Part shown: in pieces, positions 38,472 through 47,800 of the stretch
How the letters are laid out: every line of letters begins with the position of its first letter
Numbering within the stretch: position 1 is the stretch's first letter
From: an uncultured Christensenella sp.
GTDB lineage: Bacteria; Bacillota; Clostridia; Christensenellales; UBA3700
Reading direction: 5' to 3'
DNA: 64,000 nt
NCBI GenBank assembly: GCA_910583995.1
Contig: CAJTYW010000009.1
Location: 6,418-70,417 of the forward strand
The notes under the pieces: generated by a model
Database searches by the model: none
Told to the model about the DNA's origin: nothing
Seen by the model: the letters and a program-made list of their open reading frames with translations, nothing else
Translations under genes and position numbers: made by a program

Positions 38472-40192
38472 TACTTTTCCACCTCAATGTCCACAAATTT
38501 AAAGGACGAATAATCAAACAACCCTTTATCGCTTATTTTAAGCTCAGGTATTACAACCAATGACATAAATGACAATGTCATAAATGGCTCAACTTCACTA
38601 TTGACTTTTAGGGTATTAATAGCAAACTCATTTAATGCAGCTGTTTTGCTTGCAATGTAATCTATATCCTTGTCGCTCATAAGCCCTGCAATAGGAAGTT
38701 CCATAGTATCAAAAATTTCTCCGTTATGAACGGCTGTCATACCACCGCCTGCACGCTTGATTTCATTAACAGCAATTGCCATATCCCTATCATTATCACC
38801 GCAAACAATAATGTTATGGCTATCGTGAGCAACGCTTACTGCAATAGCACCGCATTTAATATTGTAGTCTTTTAAAAGTCCAATACCTATGTTACCTTTG
38901 TTTTTATGTCTTTCTACCACGCAAATTTTGCTTAATCCGTCTTTAAAGTCATAAACGCCGTCTGTTACGCTAACCTTTTGAACTAAGCTTTTGGTCGTTA
39001 CATTATGTGGCTCAATACCCATAACTCTAACCATATCGCTATTTAATTTTAACTTTAAATCGCTCTCTTGTATATCTTTACAATGCACTGTGTTTCTGAC
39101 ATCTTTGCAATCGATAACGCTTGCATCAAACAACGCTTTTCCGTCTTTTGCAACAAGCTTGCCGTTTTTGTAAACTTCAAGCACATTAAATTTGTAAATA
39201 TCGTCTATAACAACAATATCTGCAATTTTACCTGGAGATAACGCACCCCTGTCGTTAAGTTTGTAGCACTCTGCCGCATTTAAAGTTGCCATAGTTATTG
39301 CATCTATAGGAGATAATCCCATTTCTATTGCAATTTTAATGTTGTTGTTTAAATGTCCTATTGTTAGCAAATCGTGTACTTGTCTATCATCAGTACAAAA
39401 TACCAATCTTCTTAATGTTTTGTTGTTGATAATAGGGAACAAATCTCGCAAATTTCTTGTTGCACTGCCTTCTCTAACCAAAACATACATACCACGCCTT
39501 AGTTTATTGCAAGCATCAACTATATCCACACACTCGTGGTCAGTAGTAATACCCGCACCGATATACGCATTTAATTCCTTTTCACCTGCAAGCGGATAAT
39601 GTCCGTCCACAACTACACCACGCTGTTTAGCGTATTTTAGTTTATTCATTACATCTGTATCACAATAAACAACCCCTGGAGCATTCATAAACTCGCCTAC
39701 GCCGTGACATTTATCCAACAATTTATCCAATCCCGTAGCATCAATTGTTGCCCCATTACTTTCATAAGGAGTTGCAGGAACACAGCTAGGAGCCATAAAC
39801 ATAGCATCAAAAGGCACAGTTTTGCTCTCATTTATCATATAATCGACACCTTTTTCGCCACATACATTTGCTATTTCGTGCGGGTCGCAAATACCTGTTG
39901 TAGTACCCCAAGGCAAAACTGCTTTTGCAAAGTTAGAAGGTGATAGCATTGTACTTTCGATATGCAAATGTCCGTCAATAAATCCGGGAGCAAGATATTT
40001 GCCTTTCATATCAATTTCCACATTTCCGCAATAATTGCCTACGCCCGCGATATATCCATCTTTAATTGCTATATCCGCAACTTCTATCTCGCCTGTGTAA
40101 ACATTAATAACATTACCGCCTTTTAAAACTAAATCAGCTTTATCTAACCCCATAGCCACTTTTATAAGTTTTTCCATTACTGCCCGCTCCAT
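38471..40192 (-). CDS. ade: adenine deaminase
   Basis: 573 aa. Amidohydrolase metal motif GFIDGHLHIESTML, TTDHE and the long C-terminal domain typical of Ade. An alternative start lies 5 codons downstream (MEKLIKV). Confidence 0.92.
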   Translation of the reverse strand: MERAVMEKLIKVAMGLDKADLVLKGGNVINVYTGEIEVADIAIKDGYIAGVGNYCGNVEIDMKGKYLAPGFIDGHLHIESTMLSPSNFAKAVLPWGTTTGICDPHEIANVCGEKGVDYMINESKTVPFDAMFMAPSCVPATPYESNGATIDATGLDKLLDKCHGVGEFMNAPGVVYCDTDVMNKLKYAKQRGVVVDGHYPLAGEKELNAYIGAGITTDHECVDIVDACNKLRRGMYVLVREGSATRNLRDLFPIINNKTLRRLVFCTDDRQVHDLLTIGHLNNNIKIAIEMGLSPIDAITMATLNAAECYKLNDRGALSPGKIADIVVIDDIYKFNVLEVYKNGKLVAKDGKALFDASVIDCKDVRNTVHCKDIQESDLKLKLNSDMVRVMGIEPHNVTTKSLVQKVSVTDGVYDFKDGLSKICVVERHKNKGNIGIGLLKDYNIKCGAIAVSVAHDSHNIIVCGDNDRDMAIAVNEIKRAGGGMTAVHNGEIFDTMELPIAGLMSDKDIDYIASKTAALNEFAINTLKVNSEVEPFMTLSFMSLVVIPELKISDKGLFDYSSFKFVDIEVEK

Positions 40193-40210
40193 AAAAATTT
40201 CTTCTTTTTT

Positions 40211-40239
40211 ATTTTAGCATTAATATGCGATAAAGTCAA
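40211..40239 (-). promoter_or_regulatory. sigma-A type promoter of ade operon
   Basis: On the minus strand, TTGACT (40239-40234), 17-bp spacer, TAAAAT (40216-40211). The leader is short. Confidence 0.6.
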
Positions 40240-40317
40240 GATAAAGCAAGAAAAACAGCCTTTCATAACTAATCATTTTTTGTCATAAACCTTTAATTTA
40301 CAAGCATACAATATAAT

Positions 40318-40407
40318 ATCGTAAGCTGTCGCAAAGCGGGGCGAAGCCACATTTTGCAGTAGCTGACGATTTTTCAAACTGGAAGCACTTGTGACAGCAA
40401 GTTTTTT
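40318..40407 (+). other. two tandem terminator-like hairpins upstream of the 40478 ORF (candidate regulatory leader or small RNA)
   Basis: Hairpin 1: ATCGTAAGCT (40318-40327) pairs with AGCTGACGAT (40361-40370), with nested GCAAA/TTTGC and GGC-GAA-GCC, then TTTT. Hairpin 2: ACTTG-tgacag-CAAGT (40387-40402), then TTTTTT. Confidence 0.45.
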
Positions 40408-40477
40408 GCGTTAGCAATATAAAATTTTAATATCAATTAAAATTTGTTTCCTATAGCTCATACTCAAGGGGGATATT

Positions 40478-41029
40478 ATGCAGGAATTTGAATTATTACC
40501 TTCAGAACAACAAATTAATATGATGAATAAAGAGTTTAACGAATTGCAAAGAAGAAAGGATTTATTGTGCGACGATTGCGAAGCCCAAGAAAAGCCTATG
40601 CATAGTTATAGTAAAATGCCACTTTGCAAAAGTGCTAAATGTGGGACTGACCCAAAACAAAAAAAATTGTTTGAGAGAATATATTTTGCAGAGCAAGATT
40701 TGATAATGGCATTAAGACAGCTTTTTACCACTGCTCCGCAATTTGCAAAAGACGATATAGCGGACATTATAAAACTAAAAAAATCTACAAGCAATCTTGC
40801 TTTAAAATGTTATTATGCTGTATCGGATAGTATGCTTACTTATGCAGCAGTGCTTTGTCACGAAGAAGATTATTGCAAGCTTTTAAGACATATTATAAGC
40901 AAACAAAAACAACTTTTGCTTATGCTAAACAAAGCTAAATATTTGTGTGCTTACAGCAAAAAAATGATTAAAAATGAATGGACTGCAAGCTACATACTTA
41001 CTTCAATTGGAATATATTGCAGATTTTAA
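40478..41029 (+). CDS. hypothetical Cys-rich protein (183 aa)
   Basis: Strong RBS (AAGGGGGA) before the ATG. N-terminal CDDC...C...C cluster and helical remainder. No recognisable family. Confidence 0.65.
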   Translation: MQEFELLPSEQQINMMNKEFNELQRRKDLLCDDCEAQEKPMHSYSKMPLCKSAKCGTDPKQKKLFERIYFAEQDLIMALRQLFTTAPQFAKDDIADIIKLKKSTSNLALKCYYAVSDSMLTYAAVLCHEEDYCKLLRHIISKQKQLLLMLNKAKYLCAYSKKMIKNEWTASYILTSIGIYCRF

Positions 41030-41075
41030 TTTGATTAATTACATATAAAATATTAAGAAACCACTAAAAACACAT

Positions 41076-41110
41076 CAAAAATCGGCACTAATCATAGTGC
41101 CGAATGTTTT
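41076..41110. terminator. bidirectional terminator (variant of recurrent motif: CAAAAATCGGCAC)
   Basis: TCGGCACT-aatcat-AGTGCCGA followed by ATGTTTTT. Confidence 0.8.
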
Positions 41111-42255
41111 TATTTTTTCCAGTTAATATTATCAAGTGTAATCGCCTTGTCACTATTGTACACAGCTTTCAGCTCTTCTTTAGTTGAGTAATTTTCCGCA
41201 TACTCGGGAAGATACGTCCAATTATCGCCTTGAGAATTATCTTTTACACAAACAAACTCCCTACACCAAGTGATATAAAACAGCCATTTTGTATTATTCT
41301 TCCACATTAGTTCAATGTTTGGCACAAAATCAATTTCACTCATTGCAATCATTTTGTTTTTGGATATTGAGTAAGTCTTCCTAAACCTTTTTGAATTTGC
41401 TTGGTCTTTATTATATTCCTTTCTCAAATCTTCACCATAATAGTACGGGTCATCCCCAAGCATATCGCATTTATCGTCACCAACATACCACTCACCGCCC
41501 TTTTGTGGATTGGCAACCCAAATCAAATTGTTAAGTTTGTGATAATTAGTCATTCTGTCATACATTAGATTCCAAAGTTCTACATACTCTTTGCCTGTAT
41601 CTGCACCCCACCAAAACCAGCCGCCACTTGCTTCGTGCAATGGTCGCCATAGCACGGGGATATTTAAATCCGCCAATTCTTTTAATTTTGCGGCAATAGT
41701 ATCAATATTATCTACTAAAGTTTTATATCCTTCGGAATTTTTGTCGTAAATAACATTTTTTAGCCTAAAATTAGTTTTGTCTGTATAAAAATGTGATGTG
41801 TCACCTTGAGTAATAGGAGAATTCCAATGCCAAGTCAAAAGCACTATTCCACCACGATTATGCACTTCTTTAGCTTGTTCAATGCTATAGTTTTGCTCAG
41901 GGCTATACAAAGCTTTTTCCAAATCCAACCCTACAATCGCAGGATATTTGCCTGTTACTTTGTAAACCGCCTGCAATTCCGTAGCTTTATAAACAGACAT
42001 TTTTCCGTTTTCGTCCTTAAACTCATCCTTGTCATATCCCGCATATTCATTAACAAACTGCCCTGTTATAACCTTTTTACCATAATTGCTTAGTAAAAAA
42101 TTGTACAAGTTTACGGCACTTTCGCTTGCGTTTGGGTTGTTTAAGGTCTTTTGCACATTGTCATAATGCTTGTCAGGTATACGGCACCCAACAAGACTAA
42201 GGCAACTGATAACTACAAGAACTATTACCAATAATAGTAAAACGGATTTCTTCAT
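41110..42255 (-). CDS. GH26 beta-mannanase-like lipoprotein
   Basis: 381 aa. Lipobox SLVGC. GH26 signature WRPLHEASGGWFWWG and LLTWHW. Confidence 0.85.
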   Translation of the reverse strand: MKKSVLLLLVIVLVVISCLSLVGCRIPDKHYDNVQKTLNNPNASESAVNLYNFLLSNYGKKVITGQFVNEYAGYDKDEFKDENGKMSVYKATELQAVYKVTGKYPAIVGLDLEKALYSPEQNYSIEQAKEVHNRGGIVLLTWHWNSPITQGDTSHFYTDKTNFRLKNVIYDKNSEGYKTLVDNIDTIAAKLKELADLNIPVLWRPLHEASGGWFWWGADTGKEYVELWNLMYDRMTNYHKLNNLIWVANPQKGGEWYVGDDKCDMLGDDPYYYGEDLRKEYNKDQANSKRFRKTYSISKNKMIAMSEIDFVPNIELMWKNNTKWLFYITWCREFVCVKDNSQGDNWTYLPEYAENYSTKEELKAVYNSDKAITLDNINWKK

Positions 42256-42316
42256 AATTTTTTCCCTAAAAGTGTAATAACACCGATTTTCAAACGATAT
42301 TTTGTCTAAAAATCAA

Positions 42317-43708
42317 TTATAGCTTTTTAAGTTCGTAACCTTCCTTGCTATCTAATATAGTATAACCAAGCTCTGTGATTTTTGCTCTTAGCTCATCTGC
42401 TTTAGCAAAGTTACGCTCTTGCTTTGCTAGCTTTCTCTCTTCTGCCAAGTCTATAACTTCGTTAGGAATATCTAGAGTGTTGCTATTAATATAATCTTCC
42501 ACTTTGTCAAGTGATAAACCAAGCACCTTATCAAATTCCAAAGCCAAACGATATACATCTGAACATAATGGCAATTTAGTCATTTTCCACAAAACACCAA
42601 GTGCCATAGGAATATTGATATCGTCATTGATAGCGTTATCAAATTCTTGTTTAAACTCATTTAAAGTATCTTTATCTACCAAAGCCAAGCCATAGCTATG
42701 ACTTCTTAAAATGCAGCATAATCTTCCATAAGAAACTTTTGCGGAATTCATACCTTCAAAAGTGAAATTCAATTTTTTTCTGTAATGAGCGTTTAGGCAA
42801 AAATAACGGAATACAAGCGGACTATAGCCCATTTGCTCAAGTTGTGCAATAGTATAGGTATTTCCTAAACTTTTGCTCATTTTGCCGTTATCTACAAGCA
42901 TAAACTCCCCGTGCATCCAATAGTCAACAGACTTTTTGCCTGTAAGTGCTTCGTTTTGTGCAATTTCGTTTTCGTGGTGGACAGGTATATGGTCAACACC
43001 GCCTGTATGAATATCAAACACTTCGCCCAAATACTTTTGGCTCATAGCGGAACACTCAATATGCCAGCCCGGATAACCCATTCCCCAAGGACTAGGCCAT
43101 TGTTGAATATGGTTAGGGTCAGCTTTTTTCCACACTGCAAAGTCTTGCGGATTGCGTTTTTCAGAGTTAACTTCTACCCTTGCACCTGCAATTTGTTCTT
43201 CCAAATTAAGTCTTGACAAAGCACCATAATTAGGGTATTTGCTAATATCAAAGTATACGCCGTCGCTTGTTTCATAAGCAAAACCACTGTCAACCAATCT
43301 TTGCACATACTTAATCATATCGTCTATATGTTCAGTTGCTTTTGCAATAATTTCAGGCAAGCCGATATTAAGCTTTTTAAGGTCAGTCATAAAGATATTA
43401 GTATAATAATCTGCAATTTCCTTTGGAGTTTTACCAGTCTCCTTTGCACGCTTATCCATTTTATCTTCGCCTTCGTCGCCGTCACTTGTAAGGTGTCCTA
43501 CATCTGTGATATTCATAACGCCTTTCAATTTATAGCCGTCGTACTGCAAAACTCTTCTTAACAAATCCATAAACACATAAGTCCTTAAATTGCCTATATG
43601 TGCATAGTTATATACGGTAGGACCGCAAGAATACATTGTAATTTCGCCTTTATTAAGCTCATTAAAATCTTCTTTTTTTCTGCTTAAAGTGTTGTATACT
43701 TTTAACAT
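42317..43708 (-). CDS. cysS: cysteine--tRNA ligase
   Basis: 463 aa. CGPTVYNYAHIGNLRT (HIGH), KMSKSLGN (KMSKS), Zn-ligand cysteines. Confidence 0.96.
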   Translation of the reverse strand: MLKVYNTLSRKKEDFNELNKGEITMYSCGPTVYNYAHIGNLRTYVFMDLLRRVLQYDGYKLKGVMNITDVGHLTSDGDEGEDKMDKRAKETGKTPKEIADYYTNIFMTDLKKLNIGLPEIIAKATEHIDDMIKYVQRLVDSGFAYETSDGVYFDISKYPNYGALSRLNLEEQIAGARVEVNSEKRNPQDFAVWKKADPNHIQQWPSPWGMGYPGWHIECSAMSQKYLGEVFDIHTGGVDHIPVHHENEIAQNEALTGKKSVDYWMHGEFMLVDNGKMSKSLGNTYTIAQLEQMGYSPLVFRYFCLNAHYRKKLNFTFEGMNSAKVSYGRLCCILRSHSYGLALVDKDTLNEFKQEFDNAINDDINIPMALGVLWKMTKLPLCSDVYRLALEFDKVLGLSLDKVEDYINSNTLDIPNEVIDLAEERKLAKQERNFAKADELRAKITELGYTILDSKEGYELKKL

Positions 43709-43744
43709 TTTAAAATCTCCTAAAACTTATATTTTTTAAATCAA

Positions 43745-44464
43745 TTAATCTTGTTTGTTTTCTTTGCTTTTTTCTCTTTGTTCAACAAGCTTTTGCAAAT
43801 ATGCTTCGTCTTCTATTACTTCAGTGTTTACGATAGAGTATTTGCAAGTCTCAAGCCCCAACTTTTCTTCCAATGTAGCAAGTCTTTTGCATACTCTTGC
43901 AAACTCTTGTAAAATAGGGTCTGGAACATTTTGATTAAGGTCAATTTTTGTCTCGTGCCTTTTAACAATTCTTCCCGGAACGCCTACAACTGTGCTGTGA
44001 GAAGGTACATTTTTTAGCACAACAGAACCTGCACCTATTTTGCTATACTCGCCAATAGTTATAGGTCCTAACACCTTAGCACCACTGCTTATCATACAAT
44101 TATTGCCGATAGTTGGGTGTCTTTTACCAACATCTTTGCCTGTACCGCCAAGTGTAACGCCTTGATAAATGGTAACATTGTCACCAATCTCGCAAGTTTC
44201 ACCTATTACAACGCCTACACCGTGGTCAATAAACACACCTTGCCCTATTTTTGCGGCAGGGTGAATATCCACGCCAGTAATTCGCCTTGTTTTTGCGGAA
44301 ATAAGCTCCGCAATGCCTTTCATATTGTGTCTGTAAAACCAATTGGCTCTTCTGTGTCTACGAATAGCCTTAAATCCGCCATAAGTCAAAAACACTATTA
44401 ATTTACTTGTTGCAGCGGGGTCTCTATCCATAACCGCCTGCAAATCCGCTTTAAATTGTTTCAT
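43745..44464 (-). CDS. cysE: serine O-acetyltransferase
   Basis: Hexapeptide-repeat protein (GVDIHPAAKIGQGVFIDHGVGVVIGET..IGDNVTIYQGVTLGG). Start taken at ATG 44464 (MKQFKADL, GGAG RBS). The track extension to 44632 runs through the T-box leader. Confidence 0.9.
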   Translation of the reverse strand: MKQFKADLQAVMDRDPAATSKLIVFLTYGGFKAIRRHRRANWFYRHNMKGIAELISAKTRRITGVDIHPAAKIGQGVFIDHGVGVVIGETCEIGDNVTIYQGVTLGGTGKDVGKRHPTIGNNCMISSGAKVLGPITIGEYSKIGAGSVVLKNVPSHSTVVGVPGRIVKRHETKIDLNQNVPDPILQEFARVCKRLATLEEKLGLETCKYSIVNTEVIEDEAYLQKLVEQREKSKENKQD

Positions 44465-44529
44465 AATAACTCCAATACTATTTAATTTGATACAAACATT
44501 ACAACTTCTGCAAACAAATGCAATTATAT

Positions 44530-44775
44530 AAAAAAACACGGCATAACATAAAGACGCTATACCGTGATTCCACTTTAATTTAACAACCAAAAAGTTGCCC
44601 TTGTATGCAGATAACGATGCCCCGAGCGACATTTCCTTCGCTAGCTAATGTCAACGCACTTCATTGTATGATACTGTGAGCAAGCTTCCACCCGATGACT
44701 TGCAATCTCTGGCACAATCAAAACAATTACTCTTTTGACACTTTTGTTTATAACAAACGCCGTATAAATTTGTAA
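44530..44775 (-). promoter_or_regulatory. T-box leader (tRNA-Cys specifier UGC) controlling cysE-cysS
   Basis: On the minus strand: AGAGA bulge (44710-44706), distal loop GGGTGGAAG (44693-44685), specifier GAAG-UGC-G (UGC = 44658-44656) and T-box core AATTAAAGTGGAATCACGG (44580-44562). The core overlaps terminator CACGGTAT...ATGCCGTG plus TTTTTTT (44566-44530). Confidence 0.8.
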
Positions 44776-44779
44776 CCAT

Positions 44780-44809
44780 ATTATATCATATACACAATAT
44801 GATTGTCAA
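44780..44809 (-). promoter_or_regulatory. sigma-A type promoter of the T-box-cysE-cysS unit
   Basis: On the minus strand, TTGACA (44809-44804), 18-bp spacer, TATAAT (44785-44780). Confidence 0.7.
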
Positions 44810-44833
44810 TAATTTTTTGTGACTACCCTTTTA

Positions 44834-44853
44834 TGCCTTTATAAAGACATAAA
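44834..44853. repeat. copy 2 of exact 20-mer TGCCTTTATAAAGACATAAA
   Basis: Identical to 36997-37016. Lies 25 bp upstream of the -35 of the T-box promoter (minus-strand sense). Confidence 0.85.
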
Positions 44854-44872
44854 CGGCTATAACTCTTTTTGC

Positions 44873-47800
44873 TTACACAATAGGAACTGCTATTGTTCCT
44901 GCACTGCTGTCATTGTAATATTTATCGCCTATTGCAACTATTTCAATGCTAGTTATACCTTCAAGCTCCGCTTTAGAGATTACCAATTGATTTGCACCTG
45001 TACCAAGTTTAAATTTCTTATCTGTACCGATAAACTTAAGCTCATAAGTCAAAGCGTTTTCAACCTTCTTCCAACTGATAACATAATTGCCGTCTTTTAG
45101 CTCAATAGTTATCTCTGGCTTAGTCAAATTACCTTTTATTGCAGGGAAATTAGCATAAGCCTGTGCGCTTGAGTTAATGCCTTCTACACTGCTTTTTGCA
45201 ACTATAATGATAGAATGGTTGCCTGGTGTGAAAAGGTGAGCAAATTTTTCGTCCTTACTTAAAATATAAGTAATTATGTCGCCTTTCTTTTTGCCTTCAT
45301 TTTTCAAAGTCAAAACTATTCCGTCAAATACTATTTCGTAAGTTTCTGCAAAATCTACCGCTTCAAAAGACAAAGTATATTCATTTTTAGTTTCGTCGAA
45401 AATAACTTGTGGCTTTCCTACTCTTTCCAAAGTAATGTAGTGAGTGTGGTAAGTGTAGTAAGGTTCGCTATCTGTTATAAATTCAGGCTCACTAGATTGC
45501 AATACAATTTTAATAGAGTGATTACCTACGGAATTTAAAACAGCACCCAAACTATAAATATAACTACCTTCTTCGGTTGAGATATTATCCGCTACAACAT
45601 CTTTTACAATTGGGTCTGTTGCATCGTCAATTGTAATAAGCACTTTTTTTGCAAGTGCATCTACAGAAGAAAGCTCTAATGTTGCATTTGTACCAATTCT
45701 TTCAATTACTGCAAATTGTGGTGTTTCAAGCCAATCAATATAATTCAAATCGCCATAACCGATAATTTGTGCATTATTGCTAGAAAGCTTATCTTTATCA
45801 ACCCAAACAACGTTTGCATCAATGATTTTATCAAAGTTACCATTGCCGTTTACATAAACCAAAGCTCCGCCTGTAATTGTACCAAATTCGCCATTATCAA
45901 AATTGCTATAAGTGCTACCAAAAAGTCTTAATTCAGACTTATTATCAAGTGTTGCATTTCCAATATCACTTAAAGCACGAAGATAGCTGTTTTCCACATT
46001 AATATCGATTTTTGTAGGTTTATTTAGCACAACATTTGAATTTATAGCTTTCATTTCGCTTATATTTTCGCCAAAAGCCAAGCTATCAAATTGTACTTTA
46101 CTGCTTTTAACAACAAAGGAATTATTTGCGTGTAATCCGCCGTTTACAACACCTTCTGCAACGCCATCAAACTCAATATCATTTGCAGTTATGTTTGTCA
46201 AAACTGTAACCTTACCTGCATTTTTGATAACTACTCTATCAGCATTTATCTTACCACCTACACCAAACTCTTTGCCTGACATAACACCCAAAGTCATTTC
46301 ACCGCCCTTTGGATTTTCAAGTGTCAAAGTACCATTGTTAACAGTCAAAGTTTTTTTGTTCAAATCAACATTCAAGTTTAATGTCAAATCGCCTTCAACT
46401 GTAATATCTTTTTGCAAATAGTAAAGTTGTTTATTGTCCTTTACAGGTTTTGTAAAATCTTCTGCCTTGCTAATCAACACTTTAGGAGCATTAATAACAA
46501 GTATAGGTGTAAGCACTGCTACAAGAATCATAACCGCAAGCACTGCCGCAGAAACTAAAATTGTAATTAGCTTTTGCTTTTTGGTAGCTTTTGCAAGGCT
46601 ATTTTTCTTTCCTTTTTTCTTGCTATCATTATCGCCTTCTGCATTTTCTTCTTCTTTTTCTCCTTCGCTATCTTTGTCGCTACTATCGTCAACAAAATTC
46701 ATATCAACAGCAATAGCAGCACTTTCTTCGTCTGTTTCTGTTTGTGCGGAATTACTCTCATCTGATTGTTGATTTTCGTCCATATCGCTTGTATCCGCTA
46801 TTTCAGCGATTTCTTCGTCGCTAGAAACTTCGATTTCTTCATTATCACTAGCTAAGTCGGAAGAAATCAAATCGTTTCCTTCATTTTCATTTATTTCTTG
46901 CATATCACTATCCTTTTGCAAAAACAACTCAACCAATTCGTCACCAGAACTTAGTGTCAATCCTGTTTTTGCACATTCACTTTCAGTATATGCAGAAATA
47001 CCTTCTTTAATACAAGTGCTGTCATAAATTATAAACGGAATAGGCTCGCTACTATGAGTTTTTGTAACTAGTGGAGTTGGGTGGTCTGGGCAAACCAAAA
47101 TCCTTAAATCTTCACCTTCAAGCTCACTCAAAATATAGCCGACAACTTTTTCGTCAATAAGTTCTATTGATTTAACTTTACCCTTGCTATCCCCTTGATG
47201 TCCGCACTCGTCAGGAGCTTCCATATGTAAATAAACATAATCAAACCCGTCACGAATAGCTTTTACGCAAGCTTGTGCTTTTCCGCTAAAGTTTGTGTTT
47301 ACAGTGCCTGTAACACCTTCAACTTCGATAATTTCCATACCGCTTGCAATACCAATACCTTTTAGCAAGTCAACGGCAGAAATAACAGCACCTTTTAAGC
47401 CGCGTAATTTCTCAAAATTAGGCAAAGATGGTCTGCTACCTTCTCCCCAAAGCCAAATACTATTTGCAGGGTTTTTACCTTCTTGTTTTCTTTTTAAATT
47501 AACAGGGTGGTCTTTTAAAATGTCGTAAGATTTAACCATAAGGTCAAGCATCTTATCGCCATACAAACCAGACGGCAAATAATCACTAATCGTCTTGCCG
47601 CTAATATCGTGTGGTGGAGTGTATTCTGTACCACGCTCACCATTATGCTTTATTAGACAATGTCTGTAGCTTACACCATTGTAAAAGGTAAACTCGTCAT
47701 CACCCAAAGCTTGCTCAACGCTTGCAATAAGTTCTGCAGCTTCTTCTGTTGAAATTTCGCCTGCACTATAGTCAACCATAATTTTGTCTTGATAGTTCTC

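Noticed and set aside
40193-40320. Purine riboswitch upstream of adenine deaminase
   Set aside because: I read the minus strand of the ade leader. A promoter lies only about 20 nt from the start codon, and none of the conserved purine-riboswitch loop sequences are present.
44465-44632. N-terminal 56-aa extension of cysE in the track ORF
   Set aside because: The extension overlaps the T-box terminator and antiterminator. The conserved CysE sequence begins at MKQFKADL, which has a GGAG RBS.
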